A DNA stretch of 36,993 nucleotides from a virus (lineage: Duplodnaviria; Caudoviricetes). The translations under genes were made by a program, and so were the position numbers. The stretch is taken from positions 1-36,993 of the IMG/VR virus record IMGVR_UViG_3300012348_000031; one strand, 5' to 3'. The first letter of the stretch is position 1. Each line of letters opens with the position of its first letter. Positions 1 through 7,307 of this stretch are shown here, piece after piece. The notes under the pieces were generated by a model, which saw only the letters and a program-made list of their open reading frames with translations, made no database searches and was not told the origin of the DNA.

Positions 1-82
1 TAACTTCAGCAAATGCTTTGAGAAAAGGAATAAGCAATGCAAAAAATACGCCAATAAGCATATATCCAATAGCTTCAATCAT
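1..82 (-). CDS. small membrane protein, 3'-truncated by window edge
   Basis: ATG at 82 overlaps the glutaredoxin stop (ATGA); MIEAIGYMLIGVFFALLIPFLKAFAEV... hydrophobic, open to the edge. Confidence 0.55.
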   Translation of the reverse strand, partial: MIEAIGYMLIGVFFALLIPFLKAFAEV

Positions 83-315
83 GTCATTCCTAACTTCTTT
101 AAAGCAGCCTGTAACCCTGCCAAACCACCAACTCTTTGGTCATTGATGAATATCTGTGGCATTTGCCTAGCTTCTGGATAATTAGCAACAAAGTTAGCAA
201 ACCTGTCACCAGTTTCAATGTCAATCTCTTTGTATTCAAGATTCAAAGTCTTAAGTAGATTCTTGGCTGTCACGCAATTAGGGCAGCCAGATTTTGTGTA
301 GATGGTGATGTTCAT
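79..315 (-). CDS. grxC: glutaredoxin
   Basis: IYTKSGCPNC active site and PQIFI...VGG motif, 78 aa. Confidence 0.9.
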   Translation of the reverse strand: MNITIYTKSGCPNCVTAKNLLKTLNLEYKEIDIETGDRFANFVANYPEARQMPQIFINDQRVGGLAGLQAALKKLGMT

Positions 316-419
316 TCTTCAGCCTTTAAAAATGCACAACAAATACAAAACAAACCAAAGCCTTGTTCTCCGCCAATAAACCAACATCCAATACAAATTA
401 ACAAGAAATTTAAAATCAT
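312..419 (-). CDS. 35-aa Cys-rich hydrophobic peptide (not in ORF track)
   Basis: MILNFLLICIGCWFIGGEQGFGLFCICCAFLKAEE; ATGA overlaps with both neighbours. Confidence 0.65.
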   Translation of the reverse strand: MILNFLLICIGCWFIGGEQGFGLFCICCAFLKAEE

Positions 420-667
420 GCTTGTCCCCTTGCTCGGATTGCGTTGGCAATGTCTTCGCACATAAGTCTTTCAGCTTCTGTTGGACTTCCACCATCGGGA
501 GGCACAAGACACCCATTGAATGCAATAAATGCACACGCCTCACGCTCATGCTGTGCTACTAGCTTGGCAAAGGCTTCAAGCAATTCAATGTTTACGACTT
601 CTTTGGTTTGATACCAATGTGGCAGACCAACTTTTCTAGCCATCTCAATAATTTCATCTTGGGTCAT
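416..667 (-). CDS. phage hypothetical protein
   Basis: MTQDEIIEMARK...FAKLVAQHEREAC...IRARGQ pattern typical of small phage proteins; ATGA coupling. Confidence 0.8.
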   Translation of the reverse strand: MTQDEIIEMARKVGLPHWYQTKEVVNIELLEAFAKLVAQHEREACAFIAFNGCLVPPDGGSPTEAERLMCEDIANAIRARGQA

Positions 668-900
668 ACGTCCTCCATCTTGTAGTTCAGCTTGTGATGT
701 TGGAAACGCATGGCAGCTTCCATCTCTAACTCTTTGAATTGCTCATCAGAGAACAACCCAACGACATCACGGCCTTCAAACCAGACTTCTTTGATAGATT
801 CGTTATAGGTTGACTTGTCATCGTCTACTTCATATTCATAAACGACAGTTACCACTTCGCTACCTGCACCTGTTGTTGTGTCAAATTCCCATGTACTCAT
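664..900 (-). CDS. acidic hypothetical protein
   Basis: 78-aa ORF with AGGAG RBS. Confidence 0.8.
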   Translation of the reverse strand: MSTWEFDTTTGAGSEVVTVVYEYEVDDDKSTYNESIKEVWFEGRDVVGLFSDEQFKELEMEAAMRFQHHKLNYKMEDV

Positions 901-951
901 AATTCACTCCTGTTAAAACTGTTAATTTACTCTTGTTAAACAAAAAAACTA

Positions 952-967
952 TTAGGACTTACCCTAA
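952..967. promoter_or_regulatory. copy of dispersed TAGGGTWWACCCTA-type palindrome
   Basis: TTAGGACTTACCCTAA at the end of rusA, upstream of the 900 start. Confidence 0.55.
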
Positions 968-1387
968 GTCTTCCTTGACCATAACCTCTACTGCAGGTGT
1001 TTCTGCAAATAACTTTGTGATGTGCAAGTTAACTACTTGTTTGTCATCCAGATAAACGATTCCATTCATTGCATCCAAGAAACACTTGGCTATATTGTCA
1101 ATGTCTGGTTTCTTGGTAGGTTTAAGTATTTCTTCCAAGGCATACTTTTTCATCTGCTTTGTGTAGGAGACTGGTATTCCAACTCTGATATAAATTGCGA
1201 CTGTTACAGGTGTCTCCAAAGGTTCTGAAGCACCCATTGCAGCTTTAGCCATTAACCTAATTTCATCCTCATAGGTCTTTGTCTTCTGAGGAGTGTAGGT
1301 AGATACAAAGTTGCCTCTCCTAGAAAATCTAGGTCTTTGCTTCCCTACTGGTTCCCCGTAGACTGTAAACATCGTTATAAATGTCAT
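959..1387 (-). CDS. rusA: RusA-family Holliday junction resolvase
   Basis: GEPVGKQRPR, KPDIDNIAKCFLDAMNG and DDKQV motifs; start at 1387 is ATGA-coupled to the MTase stop. Confidence 0.9.
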   Translation of the reverse strand: MTFITMFTVYGEPVGKQRPRFSRRGNFVSTYTPQKTKTYEDEIRLMAKAAMGASEPLETPVTVAIYIRVGIPVSYTKQMKKYALEEILKPTKKPDIDNIAKCFLDAMNGIVYLDDKQVVNLHITKLFAETPAVEVMVKEDLG

Positions 1388-2484
1388 TTCAAGAGCCTCC
1401 ATGCTGTGGCGGCACAAAGTGGGACTTGTCCATTACCAATGGCTTTAAGTCTGTCCACCCTAGCGTCCACCCCATGAGCCACTCTACCCAAGTCGGGTTC
1501 AACTGACCACCAGGTACTGTCGGAGCCGTAAATGTTTTGCTCTTCGTGGCTCCTCTTTCTACTGCGTAGTCCAGTCTGTCCCTTAGTTGGCCTGTCTGAC
1601 CTGCACCCTTGTAGTCCGTTGAGCAAGGTGTCGGAAACTTCTCCCTCTCCAGTTGCGCTACCGCACTCACCAAAGATACTTGATGGATCTTCTTTGCCAT
1701 TAATTCCGCACTCATTGGACCCCTTTTGCCATCCCAAGCATTTGGAGTCGGAAACATTCTCCTGCCCACAATTGTCTCCAAATTTGGATTGCGCTTCTCG
1801 TCCCATGCTGACTCTGGAGTTATCGTGGATGCCATTGCTGAACAACTGCGAGGAGTTGGGAACATCTCCTTTGGTGGTGGATAAACCACTTGCTCCCTCA
1901 GAGTTGAGTGAGTTGTCCTGCCCTTTCGGTTGTTCTGATATTGACGCTCCAAAGCTTCTGGCTTTCTTGCGGGTAGTCCATCCATTACTGTTGGAGTGAG
2001 CCACAATCCAGATTCTGTCCCTTTGATGGTTTGCACCAACGTCTTTTGCTCCCACAATTCCCCATTTCGCATCAAACCCCATTGAGGATAAGTCTCCGAG
2101 AACGGCTCCAAGTCCCCTAGAAACGAGCATTGGTGAGTTCTCCACAAAGACGTACTCTGGTCCCACTTCGCAAATGATCCTCGCCATTTCTCGCCACATT
2201 CCTGATCGCTCTCCATCAAGTCCATCTCCTTTTCCTGCAATGGATATGTCTTGACATGGAAATCCTCCCGAAATGACTTGAGCAACTCCTCTCCAAGGTC
2301 TGCCGTCAAAGGTTTGAACGTCATCCCAAATCGGGAAAGGCGGGAGAAGGCCGTCATTTTGTCGGGCGGCAAGTACGCAAGCTGCGTATGGTTCCCATTC
2401 AACGGCACAGACTGTTCTCCATCCAAGGAGTTGTCCTCCAAGTATTCCTCCACCAGCGCCTGCGAATAAAGCCAACTCATTCAA
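1384..2484 (-). CDS. dcm: C5-cytosine DNA methyltransferase, catalytic (alpha) frame
   Basis: Motif I FAGAGG, IV GFPCQ, VI ENSP, VIII QRDRIWIV, X RLKAIGNGQVP; TTG start after GAAGGA; motif IX absent from this frame. Confidence 0.9.
   Translation of the reverse strand: MNELALFAGAGGGILGGQLLGWRTVCAVEWEPYAACVLAARQNDGLLPPFPIWDDVQTFDGRPWRGVAQVISGGFPCQDISIAGKGDGLDGERSGMWREMARIICEVGPEYVFVENSPMLVSRGLGAVLGDLSSMGFDAKWGIVGAKDVGANHQRDRIWIVAHSNSNGWTTRKKARSFGASISEQPKGQDNSLNSEGASGLSTTKGDVPNSSQLFSNGIHDNSRVSMGREAQSKFGDNCGQENVSDSKCLGWQKGSNECGINGKEDPSSIFGECGSATGEGEVSDTLLNGLQGCRSDRPTKGQTGLRSRKRSHEEQNIYGSDSTWWSVEPDLGRVAHGVDARVDRLKAIGNGQVPLCAATAWRLLK
1389..2480 (-). CDS. overlapping +1-frame MTase partner (beta): TRD-like repeats plus motif IX
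   Basis: 363-aa open frame; four xTP repeats (WLTPT, MFPTP, MFPTP, KFPTP); LNPTWVEWLMGWTLGWTD motif IX-like; ATG is ATGA-coupled to the upstream gene. Confidence 0.8.
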   Translation of the reverse strand: MSWLYSQALVEEYLEDNSLDGEQSVPLNGNHTQLAYLPPDKMTAFSRLSRFGMTFKPLTADLGEELLKSFREDFHVKTYPLQEKEMDLMESDQECGEKWRGSFAKWDQSTSLWRTHQCSFLGDLEPFSETYPQWGLMRNGELWEQKTLVQTIKGTESGLWLTPTVMDGLPARKPEALERQYQNNRKGRTTHSTLREQVVYPPPKEMFPTPRSCSAMASTITPESAWDEKRNPNLETIVGRRMFPTPNAWDGKRGPMSAELMAKKIHQVSLVSAVAQLEREKFPTPCSTDYKGAGQTGQLRDRLDYAVERGATKSKTFTAPTVPGGQLNPTWVEWLMGWTLGWTDLKPLVMDKSHFVPPQHGGS

Positions 2485-2689
2485 TTTGTCCTTCTTTCAT
2501 TCTTGACATATAGGTCCTGACTCGATCTCTTGCTCCAGTACCATAGATTCTTTCGCATCTCTCAATTCTTGCTCGTACAAAGTCGTTATCTCTAGTTGTC
2601 TGCCAAGATCGGAATATTTCCCTTGCTTCGGCTTTCTCCAAAACAACTCTGTCGCTCTCATTTGAAATGTTTTTGCGTGAATACGCCAT
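2477..2689 (-). CDS. hypothetical protein
   Basis: 70-aa ORF in the operon; its stop overlaps the MTase starts. Confidence 0.75.
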   Translation of the reverse strand: MAYSRKNISNESDRVVLEKAEAREIFRSWQTTRDNDFVRARIERCERIYGTGARDRVRTYMSRMKEGQIE

Positions 2690-2695
2690 AGGTGT

Positions 2696-2803
2696 TTACT
2701 CTAGGTCACCAGTAAGTTCTAAAGCTTTGTTTATCAGATGTAGTGGATAAGGCACGCCTTCACGCACCTTGTCCAGTAGTTTCATTGCTTCAAAGTAGTT
2801 CAT
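2696..2803 (-). CDS. 35-aa hypothetical protein (not in ORF track)
   Basis: MNYFEAMKLLDKVREGVPYPLHLINKALELTGDLE; ATGA-coupled. Confidence 0.7.
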   Translation of the reverse strand: MNYFEAMKLLDKVREGVPYPLHLINKALELTGDLE

Positions 2804-2964
2804 GCTTTATCTGTTTCAGCCAAATTTACGCAAGCACCAAACCATGCCATTGCACATATCAATGTAATTGGATAACAAAGCCATACATCTAAAAATTGCC
2901 ATGATGCTGAAATTACAAAAGGCAAAGTTATTACATGAAGATATGCTCTTTTTTTCTTTGTCAT
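2800..2964 (-). CDS. 54-aa membrane protein (not in ORF track)
   Basis: MTKKKRAYLHVITLPFVISASWQFLDVWLCYPITLICAMAWFGACVNLAETDKA; ATGA overlaps on both sides. Confidence 0.65.
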   Translation of the reverse strand: MTKKKRAYLHVITLPFVISASWQFLDVWLCYPITLICAMAWFGACVNLAETDKA

Positions 2965-3719
2965 GCTTTCCTCACTACTTCTGCAATGTATTTACGAATA
3001 TGGTCTGGCATTGGTGCAGCCTTCTTTTCATCAGCTTTAATCTTTTCCAAAGCAGGGTCAGGCTCATTCTTTGATGGAACTGTGATCCTTCCAATGTCGG
3101 CAGGATTTGCTTTCTGTGCTTTTGTGTTTCTTACCCAATTACGCCAAGTAGCATCCCAATCTAACTTCACACCTTTTTGACCTGGTTGAGAAATCCAATA
3201 ATCTTTGAACTGATCTGCAACCAAACGAACATCAATGTCTTGTCTTTCTTGAGTTGCCCACTCTCCCATTGCTTTAGTCAAAAACCAGTCTTGAGTGAGG
3301 CGTGAGCCTCTCTTGTTCTCTTTAATTGGTTTTGTGTCTTGTGTTATGGGTAGTGTGTTATGTGTAGCATTGCTATCGGATTGCGGAGGCAATGCGTTCG
3401 CATCCTTCTTACTCCATCTAGCTTTGGCACTAGCACTAGCCTTCTCTGATTTTTCATCAGCTTTAGCTATTTCCTTGTTTGCCCTGTGATGAATCCACCC
3501 ATCGTGAGTCCAAACGAAATACTCTCGCAATACGATTGCAATGCTTTCGGTATGCGAACGCATCCTTATTTGCCTAGATACTTCAACTTCATCAAGTGGA
3601 ATTGGTGCTTCGTGAAGATAGTACCAATCAAGTAAGCGCCTGTAGACTAAATCTTCAATGTCAGAAAGATGTGATGTGTGACTTTGATAGTCACCAATAT
3701 TGAACTGGTAATAGTGCAT
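2961..3719 (-). CDS. YdaU/DUF1376-family replication initiation protein
   Basis: N-terminal MHYYQFNIGDY...HLSDIEDLVYRRLLDWYY; C-terminal FKDYW...DWDATWRNW; GAGGA RBS. Confidence 0.8.
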   Translation of the reverse strand: MHYYQFNIGDYQSHTSHLSDIEDLVYRRLLDWYYLHEAPIPLDEVEVSRQIRMRSHTESIAIVLREYFVWTHDGWIHHRANKEIAKADEKSEKASASAKARWSKKDANALPPQSDSNATHNTLPITQDTKPIKENKRGSRLTQDWFLTKAMGEWATQERQDIDVRLVADQFKDYWISQPGQKGVKLDWDATWRNWVRNTKAQKANPADIGRITVPSKNEPDPALEKIKADEKKAAPMPDHIRKYIAEVVRKA

Positions 3720-3748
3720 TTCTGCATCCTCGCAAATCCTCCAAAAAA

Positions 3749-3814
3749 GAAACAATCGGCAGGCGGGAGGTTCGCTTTTCGTATCGGGTAATTAGTCCGA
3801 ACTAGCCGTGTTTC
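3749..3814 (-). ncRNA. candidate structured leader/sRNA upstream of the replication initiator
   Basis: GAAACA/TGTTTC and CGGC/GCCG outer stems, inner TCGG/CCGA hairpin, then a U-tract; extended -10 TGATACAAT just upstream. Confidence 0.5.
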
Positions 3815-3825
3815 AAATTATTGTA

Positions 3826-4173
3826 TCAAATAAATTGATTGTTCGTGATTTCTTTTTTACCTTGTTTGCCAAGCAATCGAGTAGCTTGTGCTTTCATCTG
3901 AGCATATTCAGCCTTAGAGAAGATCCCATAGGTCTTGATGCCACAGATTATCTTTACATTGCTGTCTTGCTTTTCTACCTCATGTTCAGCCAATGTGTAC
4001 TGAGCAACCCAATGTCTGCCTACCTTGACTTGATCTGTTGTTAACCTACCTTGTTTGCGTAGTGTTTTGGCAGTACAGAGGACTGTAGCTTGTGGCATAC
4101 CAGTTAAGTTTGCTACTTCATGTGATGTTAAAGGTCCATTCTGGAGTGCTTTAATTACTTGAGCTTGAGTCAT
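3826..4173 (-). CDS. winged HTH DNA-binding protein
   Basis: GPLTSHEVANLTGMPQATV...LRKQGRL HTH pattern. Confidence 0.7.
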   Translation of the reverse strand: MTQAQVIKALQNGPLTSHEVANLTGMPQATVLCTAKTLRKQGRLTTDQVKVGRHWVAQYTLAEHEVEKQDSNVKIICGIKTYGIFSKAEYAQMKAQATRLLGKQGKKEITNNQFI

Positions 4174-4349
4174 TTATACAGATTTTCTAGGTTTAGTGGA
4201 CGATTGAGGTGAAGTTCTAGTGTTCTAGCAAGCAGAGCAGTTACCGCAGCGGTAAAGTCCTCTGGCTCATCAACATAGACACTAGCCATTCTGTTTGCAT
4301 AGCCATGTAGGGTTTCTGCACATTGTTGTTCAAGGTGTTCGTAGTTCAT
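4170..4349 (-). CDS. 59-aa hypothetical protein, possibly leaderless (not in ORF track)
   Basis: MNYEHLEQQCAETL...NLENLYK; TGATAGGCT lies 6 nt before the ATG; ATGA-coupled to the HTH gene. Confidence 0.7.
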   Translation of the reverse strand: MNYEHLEQQCAETLHGYANRMASVYVDEPEDFTAAVTALLARTLELHLNRPLNLENLYK

Positions 4350-4383
4350 GACGTGAGCCTATCATGATAAAAAACTAAAAGAT

Positions 4384-4401
4384 ATTAGGGTTTGTCCTAA
4401 T
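4384..4401. promoter_or_regulatory. palindromic operator-like site between divergent promoters
   Basis: ATTAGGGTTTGTCCTAAT. Confidence 0.6.
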
Positions 4402-4435
4402 TAAAAAGTCTAAAAAGGTGTGGCACATTACAGGT

Positions 4436-4551
4436 GTTGAGAAACTTAACCACTTGAAGTCCATCAAGTTAAAAAGTTGCAATGACATCGAAACTTGCTC
4501 TCAACTGGTTGATTCATCAAGCGTAAACAGGGACGAATTGCAAAAACGGAC
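4436..4551 (+). ncRNA. candidate structured RNA with possible pseudoknots
   Basis: GTTGAGA/TCTCAAC closing stem and internal hairpins; internal segments complementary to downstream GGAC and ATTGCAA. Confidence 0.45.
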
Positions 4552-4572
4552 AATTTTGATAAACAGATAGGA

Positions 4573-4779
4573 GTGAATATGCCGATATTAAAAGGAAAAA
4601 AGGTTGTAGACCTGGAAGTAGATGGAGTAGATCCAAAAGATTACCCAGACTTCTCTGATGCCTACTTCTCTTATGGATGCTATGAAGATGGAACAGAGTT
4701 AACAGATGAAGAGTTAGACCAACTCACTATTCTGGCAGCCGATGTTCTGTGGGAAATGGCTTTTGATAGGTTGCACTAA
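4573..4779 (+). CDS. acidic hypothetical protein
   Basis: DGVDPKDYPDFSDAY...ELTDEELD; AGGAG RBS suits the ATG at 4579. Confidence 0.8.
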   Translation: MNMPILKGKKVVDLEVDGVDPKDYPDFSDAYFSYGCYEDGTELTDEELDQLTILAADVLWEMAFDRLH

Positions 4780-4961
4780 TGAAATCATTATTTCAAACCT
4801 ATGTGGAAGAGTTCTCAGACATCCAATACTGTCCTTATTGTTTGACAATCAAGGGAAACAAAATAGTCTGTTGCCAAGAAGCAGACTTCATTGAGTTCAA
4901 GGATTTAGACCTTGACCAACAAACACAAATCATTGAAAACGAGTTAGATAAAAGGATTTAA
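4779..4961 (+). CDS. hypothetical protein, CxxC/CC
   Basis: YCPYC...CCQE; TAATG coupling. Confidence 0.75.
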   Translation: MKSLFQTYVEEFSDIQYCPYCLTIKGNKIVCCQEADFIEFKDLDLDQQTQIIENELDKRI

Positions 4962-4963
4962 TC

Positions 4964-5584
4964 ATGGGCGTACATAAGAAACTAATGACAGCACGTATGA
5001 GACTTCAAGGCACAGAGCTTAAAAAATCAGGCCACAACAAGTTTGCGGGATATCAATACTTTGAACTGGGAGACTTCCTTCCACAGATCAATAAGATTTT
5101 CCATGAAGAGGGTTTGTGTGGTGTGGTTTCTTACACCAAAGACTATGCAGACTTGACCATTACAGATACAGAAGATGGAACTTGTCTTTCTATTTCGTCA
5201 CCAATGGTAGAAGCCAATTTAAAGGGCGCTCACGCCATTCAAAATCTTGGCGCTGTAGAGACATACCAAAGAAGGTATCTCTGGATGACAGCAATGGAGA
5301 TTGTTGAGCATGATGCGCTTGACTCATCTGCCCCACTAAAAGAAGAGAAGCAAGCCCCTGTGATTACACCAACACAGGGTGCAATGGATAACATTCCTAT
5401 TGAGGAATTAAGGTATCTTGATGAACTGGCAGTTGATCTGATTGCTATGTGTGAGCAAGGTGATCCCAAGGGAGCTTGGGTTAAGTTGGAATCAGAGAAC
5501 CTAGAAGCTGACCAAAAAGTGGCTCTCTGGACCCTGCTTCCTAGTAAAGTGCGTACAGCGTTAAAGAAAGCTAAGGAAATTTAA
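4964..5584 (+). CDS. erf: ERF-family single-strand annealing recombinase
   Basis: [17 protein letters not shown] and [13 protein letters not shown] motifs. Confidence 0.85.
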   Translation: MGVHKKLMTARMRLQGTELKKSGHNKFAGYQYFELGDFLPQINKIFHEEGLCGVVSYTKDYADLTITDTEDGTCLSISSPMVEANLKGAHAIQNLGAVETYQRRYLWMTAMEIVEHDALDSSAPLKEEKQAPVITPTQGAMDNIPIEELRYLDELAVDLIAMCEQGDPKGAWVKLESENLEADQKVALWTLLPSKVRTALKKAKEI

Positions 5585-5585
5585 T

Positions 5586-5834
5586 ATGGATAATCGTAAT
5601 GTTCGGGACAACAGCGGGGTACTTTTCCGCAACGACAAAAAAGAAACAGGAAATCATCCTGATTACAAAGGAAACATCACAGTCAATGGTCAAGACTATT
5701 GGTTGTCTGCATGGATAAAAGAAGGTAAAGGCGGCAAGTTCATGGGACTGGCTCTTTCACCTAAAGAACAACAAGCAAAGCCATCAGAGCGTTCTAAAGT
5801 AACGAACTTTGATGACTCTGATATGCCGTTTTGA
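5586..5834 (+). CDS. phage ssDNA-binding protein (DUF736-like)
   Basis: LFRNDKK...PDYKG...WLSAW; acidic tail DDSDMPF; adjacent to ERF. Confidence 0.75.
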   Translation: MDNRNVRDNSGVLFRNDKKETGNHPDYKGNITVNGQDYWLSAWIKEGKGGKFMGLALSPKEQQAKPSERSKVTNFDDSDMPF

Positions 5835-5841
5835 TAGTTTT

Positions 5842-5904
5842 TGAGGGAAAGCGGATGCCTTGCGACAATTCTGTCGGACGAACTTGGACGCAGCGAGTAC
5901 CTCA
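5842..5904 (+). ncRNA. candidate structured intergenic RNA with E-loop-like motif
   Basis: TGAGG/CCTCA stem next to a GAA/AGTA pair; inner CGACA/TGTCG hairpin. Confidence 0.45.
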
Positions 5905-5925
5905 CCCATTTAACAGGAGTGAATA

Positions 5926-6240
5926 ATGGATATTAAAAGTGCTTTTGAGAAAATCTTTAAGATGCCTGACTTTCCACGAGTCAGAGCAACAGACCCTGTA
6001 ACCTCATTTGAGGCAGCAGAATCAATCAAGCCAGTAGCGTCTAAACATTACCAAATCATCTTGGAATGCTTACAGACTTATGGTCCTTTAGGAAAAGATG
6101 GAATCTCAGCCATGACAAAACTAGAAGGAAACCAAGTTGCCAGGCGCTTAAACGAAATGCAGAAGATTGGCCTTATCAACCTAACAGGCAGAACTGTTAA
6201 GTCCAACTCAGGCAGAAATGAAAGAGAGTGGTCAGCATGA
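5926..6240 (+). CDS. winged HTH protein
   Basis: RATDPVTSFEAA...VARRLNEM...SGRNEREW; AGGAG RBS. Confidence 0.75.
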   Translation: MDIKSAFEKIFKMPDFPRVRATDPVTSFEAAESIKPVASKHYQIILECLQTYGPLGKDGISAMTKLEGNQVARRLNEMQKIGLINLTGRTVKSNSGRNEREWSA

Positions 6241-6419
6241 TTGAATTACCTCCACATTCCAAGATAAGCTATCCCTCTATTCCAACAAAGGATTTCAAGT
6301 GGGAAAGTGGTTCAGACGTTCAAGCGTTATGGAGAAAACATGGTTGGACGCCACCATCAGAGAAGATGATGCCACCACCACCAGAGAAATATCAAGAGCC
6401 AATAAGGAGAATCAGATGA
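6237..6419 (+). CDS. Pro-rich hypothetical protein
   Basis: DVQALWRKHGWTPPSE; ATGA coupling on both sides. Confidence 0.7.
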   Translation: MIELPPHSKISYPSIPTKDFKWESGSDVQALWRKHGWTPPSEKMMPPPPEKYQEPIRRIR

Positions 6420-6718
6420 GCTTTGCAAATGTAGAAATGAAGGTCATCCAATGGGGTGAAGCTCGTCTAATCGTACAAAACAGTACAGCCTTTGCCCAAG
6501 CAACAAAAACTCAAGAAGAGTTAAACGAACTCTTTGAGGCCATTGAATCTGGTGACAGAGAAGCAATGGCAGATGCCTATGGAGACATCCTAGTGACTTT
6601 GATTATGGGATGTGCCTGTGCAGACCTTGACCTACTGGAGTGCTTAAAAGGCGCTTACGAGGAGATCAAAGACCGCAAAGGTTATCTGAGCAAAGAAGGC
6701 TTGTTTATCAAGCTGTAA
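6416..6718 (+). CDS. mazG: MazG-like nucleotide pyrophosphohydrolase
   Basis: KTQEELNEL...DAYGDILVTL...AYEEIKDRKG. Confidence 0.85.
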   Translation: MSFANVEMKVIQWGEARLIVQNSTAFAQATKTQEELNELFEAIESGDREAMADAYGDILVTLIMGCACADLDLLECLKGAYEEIKDRKGYLSKEGLFIKL

Positions 6719-7307
6719 GAACTTCTAAAGCATGGTTGATATGCTTTATTCGATCTTCTAGACCAATGAATCCACCATTTATTTTCTTGGTCATGGTTTT
6801 GAAATCTCGGACATCTGCAAATTGATTCAGTTTGTGGGTGTCCCAGAACCATCCTGCTGTAAGTGCAGCGTATTGTGGAGTAGCAACCAAATCAGGCTCC
6901 ATGATGAAATCAACACCTAGTGCTTGACCTGCATGATGGTAGTTTGCAGATCCAGTCAACTGGATACAACCTCTGCCTCGGAAACGATACCCATCACCAG
7001 AAGCCTCATCCCTGTTGCCCATACGACTTGAGTAAACAGTATTGGCAATCAACTTAGGATTCCTAGCGCACATCTGTGCTTTGGCAGCATCAAAGCGTTT
7101 AGGCCATAACTTCTGCAAAGCCTCTGCACGATAGTTCAAGTTCTCTTCCAAGATTCGGAAGTTTCCACACTCATGTCCACATTGACCAATAAATGCTGCT
7201 TGGCGAACAGGTGTAGATATATCAAAACGCTGAAAAGTAGCGTTTAGGGCATCAACCCACTCAGGACCAATGTGTAGCTTTTTAAGTTGTTCAGCGTTGA
7301 CTGTCAT
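6708..7307 (-). CDS. GH19 (chitinase-like) endolysin
   Basis: AAFIGQCGHEC, ENLNY, GYRFRGRGCIQLTG and INGG..GLEDR motifs. Confidence 0.92.
   Translation of the reverse strand: MTVNAEQLKKLHIGPEWVDALNATFQRFDISTPVRQAAFIGQCGHECGNFRILEENLNYRAEALQKLWPKRFDAAKAQMCARNPKLIANTVYSSRMGNRDEASGDGYRFRGRGCIQLTGSANYHHAGQALGVDFIMEPDLVATPQYAALTAGWFWDTHKLNQFADVRDFKTMTKKINGGFIGLEDRIKHINHALEVLTA

Noticed and set aside
319-549. 76-aa ORF from the track
   Set aside because: Overlaps two better-supported ATGA-coupled genes (416-667 and 312-419).
1532-1999. 155-aa antisense ORF over the MTase repeats (a possible third frame)
   Set aside because: No motifs or RBS; likely a by-product of the double coding constraint on the opposite strand.
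4421-4435. sigma54 promoter at TGGCACATTACAGGT
   Set aside because: No -12 TTGC; better read as an extended -10 element.
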